Positions 61,016 to 64,000 of a stretch of DNA of 64,000 bases are shown piece by piece. The stretch is from assembly GCA_963693055.1 (NCBI GenBank), contig OY843751.1:352001-416000 (forward strand), in the 5' to 3' direction. This DNA is from a bacterium (GTDB taxonomy: Bacteria > Zhuqueibacterota > Zhuqueibacteria > Residuimicrobiales > Krinioviventaceae). The translations under genes were made by a program, and so were the position numbers. The notes beneath the pieces were generated by a model that worked only from the letters and a program-made list of their open reading frames with translations, was not told the DNA's origin and searched no databases. The stretch's first letter is position 1, and every line of letters starts with the position of its first letter.

Positions 61016-62284
61016 TCATTCCACCTTGTTGTGCATAAATTCCTGTTCTATTATACTGCGCAGACGGTTTTCAGCCAGCTCTAAATATAGAGATGATGAA
61101 TCACTGTTTTTACACATATCAATATAATCCCGATAATATTGTTTTGCCAATGCTTTATCATCCGATTTTTCATCATATACTACTGCCATATTGTAATACG
61201 AGATACTGTGCCTGGGATTCAGGCTGATAATGCGTTGATACAAATCAATCGCTTTATCATATTCATGCAAGGCCCGATGATTGGTTGCCTTGTAGGAGTA
61301 CAATGAAATCAGGTAGGCCTGGTCGCTGCACTGGATGGCAATATGATATTCTTCATTAGCAGCTTTATGTTTACCCAGAGAAGCCAATGCCATTCCCCGA
61401 TACATATGTCCGTACATGTCCTCATTGTTTAGTGCAATCAGTTGTTGAGCAGATTGTTCACAAAGTTTATATTTTTCTGCAATATAACTGAAACGAACCA
61501 GACTTTTTAAAGACGCATACAGATAATTTCCCTCAAGCTCGACACATCTTTGATGATTTTTTATGGCGGCATCGAGAGTTTCCATTTTATACAGCGCTTC
61601 TCCCATGTAATAATAGAGTGCGTCTGAATCTGCATTCTGGGCCATTGCAGAAATAAACGTGCTTACTGCGTCAACAAAATTTTCTTGGTTGTATTGTGTA
61701 ATGCCCATATATAGACGACTTTTGAAATGTTTGGGGTCTAGGTTGGATGCAAGTTCCAGATATTTTAGAGCTTGTTCAAAATTTCCTTGCCGATAAAATG
61801 CATAACCCAGTCTATAGGTGTCATTGACCAGGGTAGAATCCAATTTATATATGTTCAGCAGGGGGGCGATGGAAAGCGAAAATCGTCCCTGTTTTTGGTA
61901 AAGCAATGCAAGCTTGCGCAAAGCCTGAACATGGGTTGTGTCTAGTGCCAGTGCATGTTGATAGGAAATAGCAGCATCTGATTCATTGCCCCGAGACTCA
62001 TAACATCCGCCAATTAGCACATGAATATCTGCACTATCAATATCAGTTGCACCGAGGCTTTTTATAAAGGCATCCATTGCTTCAGAGTCCCGGTCTAATG
62101 ATTTGAGGGCCTGCCCCAGATAATAGTTTAAATTCGGATCATTAGGATGGGTTTGCAAACGGACATGCAGGGTGTCTATTGCCAAGTCGTATTCCTGATT
62201 GATAAACATTTGTAGAATATCATTAGTATTTGCGGCACCAATAGGAAATGATAAAGTCAGGAGTAATAAAAAAAGTTTCTGCAT
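61016..62284 (-). CDS. Secreted tetratricopeptide repeat protein
   Basis: Signal peptide; many TPR units (YYLGQALKSL, YRLGYAFYRQGNFEQA, YYNMAVVY); GGAG SD. Confidence 0.9.
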   Translation of the reverse strand: MQKLFLLLLTLSFPIGAANTNDILQMFINQEYDLAIDTLHVRLQTHPNDPNLNYYLGQALKSLDRDSEAMDAFIKSLGATDIDSADIHVLIGGCYESRGNESDAAISYQHALALDTTHVQALRKLALLYQKQGRFSLSIAPLLNIYKLDSTLVNDTYRLGYAFYRQGNFEQALKYLELASNLDPKHFKSRLYMGITQYNQENFVDAVSTFISAMAQNADSDALYYYMGEALYKMETLDAAIKNHQRCVELEGNYLYASLKSLVRFSYIAEKYKLCEQSAQQLIALNNEDMYGHMYRGMALASLGKHKAANEEYHIAIQCSDQAYLISLYSYKATNHRALHEYDKAIDLYQRIISLNPRHSISYYNMAVVYDEKSDDKALAKQYYRDYIDMCKNSDSSSLYLELAENRLRSIIEQEFMHNKVE

Positions 62285-62301
62285 GATTTCTCCAAAAGCA
62301 A

Positions 62302-62343
62302 GACAACACCAGGAAAATTTTAAATCCTCCCGGTGTTGTTTTT
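62302..62343 (-). terminator. Imperfect hairpin between the M56-TonB and TPR genes
   Basis: ACAACACCAGGA...TCCCGGTGTTGT. Confidence 0.5.
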
Positions 62344-62359
62344 AGGGTAAAGGACTGTT

Positions 62360-64000
62360 CTATTCTTTTTCATCAAGTTTAAAAACTATCGGAATACCAA
62401 TCCAAACTTTTACCGGTTTGTCTCTTTGGGTAGCGGGTTTCCAGCTAACTGATTTTATGGCGGCAATTGCCGCTTGATCACAGCCGTTGTTGCCTGAGCC
62501 TATGCCTTGTAAGATTTTTGTGTCTACAACCTGGCCGTTTTCATCAATCAGGCAGTTGATAACAACACGTCCTTCAATACCGGCCTTGCGAGCCAATTCC
62601 GGATATATCAGATTTTTCTGGATGACCGTGAATCCACCAATGGGCTGGGGTGGGACATCATATGTTGCAAAATTTTTTTCTAATTTCTTTGTATCTGTTG
62701 TATTTTCATTATCGAGTTTGAAAACAACGGGAATGCCGATCCAGACTTTGACTGGTTTACCTTTTTGGGTAGCGGGTTTCCAGTCTATAGCTTTTATTGC
62801 TTTAATAGCAGCTTCATCGCAGCCGTTATTACCCAAAGACATGAGGACATTGGTATCAACAACAGAACCTTTTTCATCGATTAAACAATTGATAATTACA
62901 CGGCCTTCTATTCCTGCCTTGAGGGCAATTTCCGGATAAATCAGGTTTTTCTGGATCGCTGTAAAACCACCAATAGGTTCGGGTGGTTTGTCGAAAGGGG
63001 TAAATATATCTGCTTCTTTACTTGGAATATCCTGTGCTGTAACTTTCGGTGCTTGAGGTATTTTGTTCTCCTGACTGCAATACCATGACAAGGGAAGAAT
63101 GAGCAGCGCCAGGATGAGCAGCGCTGCCCGGGTTTTGAATGTAGAACGTTTTTGCATTGATTCCTCCTGTAATTGGTATGTTACACGATTTAATAATTTA
63201 TGTTTTTGCTTGATCAAGGCCGATGCGGAAATGTAGCTCCATTGCGGATCTGTGATCTTTTCCGCAATGTCTATTAAATAGCGTGAATAATCACCTGGTG
63301 AAATACTGGATTTTTCAATTGCATAATCATCACAGGCCATTTCACGGTACTCGTTAATACGTTCATTTAACAACCAGACAAAAGGATGAAAAAAGTAGAG
63401 CGCTTGTACAACCGTTTGCAGAAATTGTACAAAACCGTCTTTGCGTTCAATGTGTGCCAGTTCGTGCTGTAATAATACTTTGCGTCCCTTTTCTGTTATT
63501 GCATTCCAGTAATCAGGTACATAAATACGATTAGGGAACATGCCCATACTGAGAGGAGAAAAGATATTTTTACTGACATATAAATCTATTAAAGAATCAC
63601 GAGTTGGCAGTTTTTTGGCGGATTCGAGCGAGAGTCTTAATAAAAAGGATGAAAGCGAAGAAATAATCAAATAAAGTGCTGCTGAGCCAACCCAGATCAT
63701 GAAAAGAATAGCGGTTGCAGAGGGTCTGGTCATTGATATTTCCTGAACAACAGTTTCTATGGATACAAGTCTTTCAACCGTTACAGATTGTGCTACAGGT
63801 TCTGTTATTGAAAACAATGAGAAATGTCCCGGGATAAAGGGAGGCAGCAGCAATTTAATGATACCAAGAACACCAATCATATATTTAATGCGGGCATCTG
63901 CTTTTCGCAATAGATGTAAAACAAAATATACCAGAACCAGGAATATTGTATTTTGCAAAATGGCCATGCCAAAATAAGATGCCCAGGCTTCCGCAATTTG
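62360..64000 (-). CDS. BlaR1/M56 metallopeptidase fused to two TonB C-terminal domains (5'-partial)
   Basis: HELAHIERKD; FFHPFVW; REMACD; two near-identical TonB-C units (GGFTAIQKNLIYPEIALKAGIEGRV / GGFTVIQKNLIYPELARKAGIEGRV). The frame stays open from 63967 to the window edge (QIAEAWASYFG). Confidence 0.9.
   Translation of the reverse strand, partial: QIAEAWASYFGMAILQNTIFLVLVYFVLHLLRKADARIKYMIGVLGIIKLLLPPFIPGHFSLFSITEPVAQSVTVERLVSIETVVQEISMTRPSATAILFMIWVGSAALYLIISSLSSFLLRLSLESAKKLPTRDSLIDLYVSKNIFSPLSMGMFPNRIYVPDYWNAITEKGRKVLLQHELAHIERKDGFVQFLQTVVQALYFFHPFVWLLNERINEYREMACDDYAIEKSSISPGDYSRYLIDIAEKITDPQWSYISASALIKQKHKLLNRVTYQLQEESMQKRSTFKTRAALLILALLILPLSWYCSQENKIPQAPKVTAQDIPSKEADIFTPFDKPPEPIGGFTAIQKNLIYPEIALKAGIEGRVIINCLIDEKGSVVDTNVLMSLGNNGCDEAAIKAIKAIDWKPATQKGKPVKVWIGIPVVFKLDNENTTDTKKLEKNFATYDVPPQPIGGFTVIQKNLIYPELARKAGIEGRVVINCLIDENGQVVDTKILQGIGSGNNGCDQAAIAAIKSVSWKPATQRDKPVKVWIGIPIVFKLDEKE

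Noticed and set aside
62375-63000. Duplicated segment as a DGR template/variable repeat pair
   Set aside because: Both copies are in-frame domains of one protein, the differences are not adenine-specific, and there is no reverse transcriptase in the window.
1314-63977. Numerous 60-180 aa ORFs nested in or antisense to long genes
   Set aside because: These are shadow frames of well-supported CDSs with no independent SD or domain evidence.

Overview
Bacterial chromosomal window, most consistent with an FCB-group lineage such as KSB1, Calditrichota or Ignavibacteria. This is an inference from the NYPNPFNP-type C-terminal secretion domain, TonB receptors without a recognisable SusD, and strong Shine-Dalgarno sites. 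1-10.5 kb: carbohydrate-utilisation locus (partial large secreted protein, TonB-dependent receptor, sugar-binding hybrid two-component system, LacI regulator, pgm) with a candidate LacI operator and a candidate HTCS/AraC direct-repeat site. 10.7-13 kb: orphan RHS toxin-tip remnant and a small membrane gene split by an IS5-family element whose IRs and target duplication can be read directly. 13-34.4 kb: accessory genes (membrane LuxR, secreted clan-CD peptidase, MDR oxidoreductase, GH92, a RAYT transposase with three GTAG REPs and a possible lipoprotein passenger, SLAC1/TDT channel plus porin, aminotransferase, second TonB receptor with a lipoprotein, DUF1080-like protein, PL11-like propeller) and several families of small palindromic or periodic repeats. 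34.8-59.4 kb: cluster of three envelope export systems (LolCDE/LolA-like ABC, TolC-RND, Yip1-TolC-MacAB-type ABC), with most operons preceded by a SigW-like TG(A/T)AAC-N16-CGT promoter motif. 57-64 kb: STAS protein, pentapeptide repeat protein, polyprenyl synthetase, MFS, TPR protein and a 5'-partial BlaR1/M56-TonB fusion with an internal SD+ATG. No rRNA, tRNA, CRISPR array or prophage was recognised. No single novel system is proven. The best candidates are the ECF-type export regulon, the RAYT/REP unit, the SusD-less uptake locus and the two-start M56-TonB gene.
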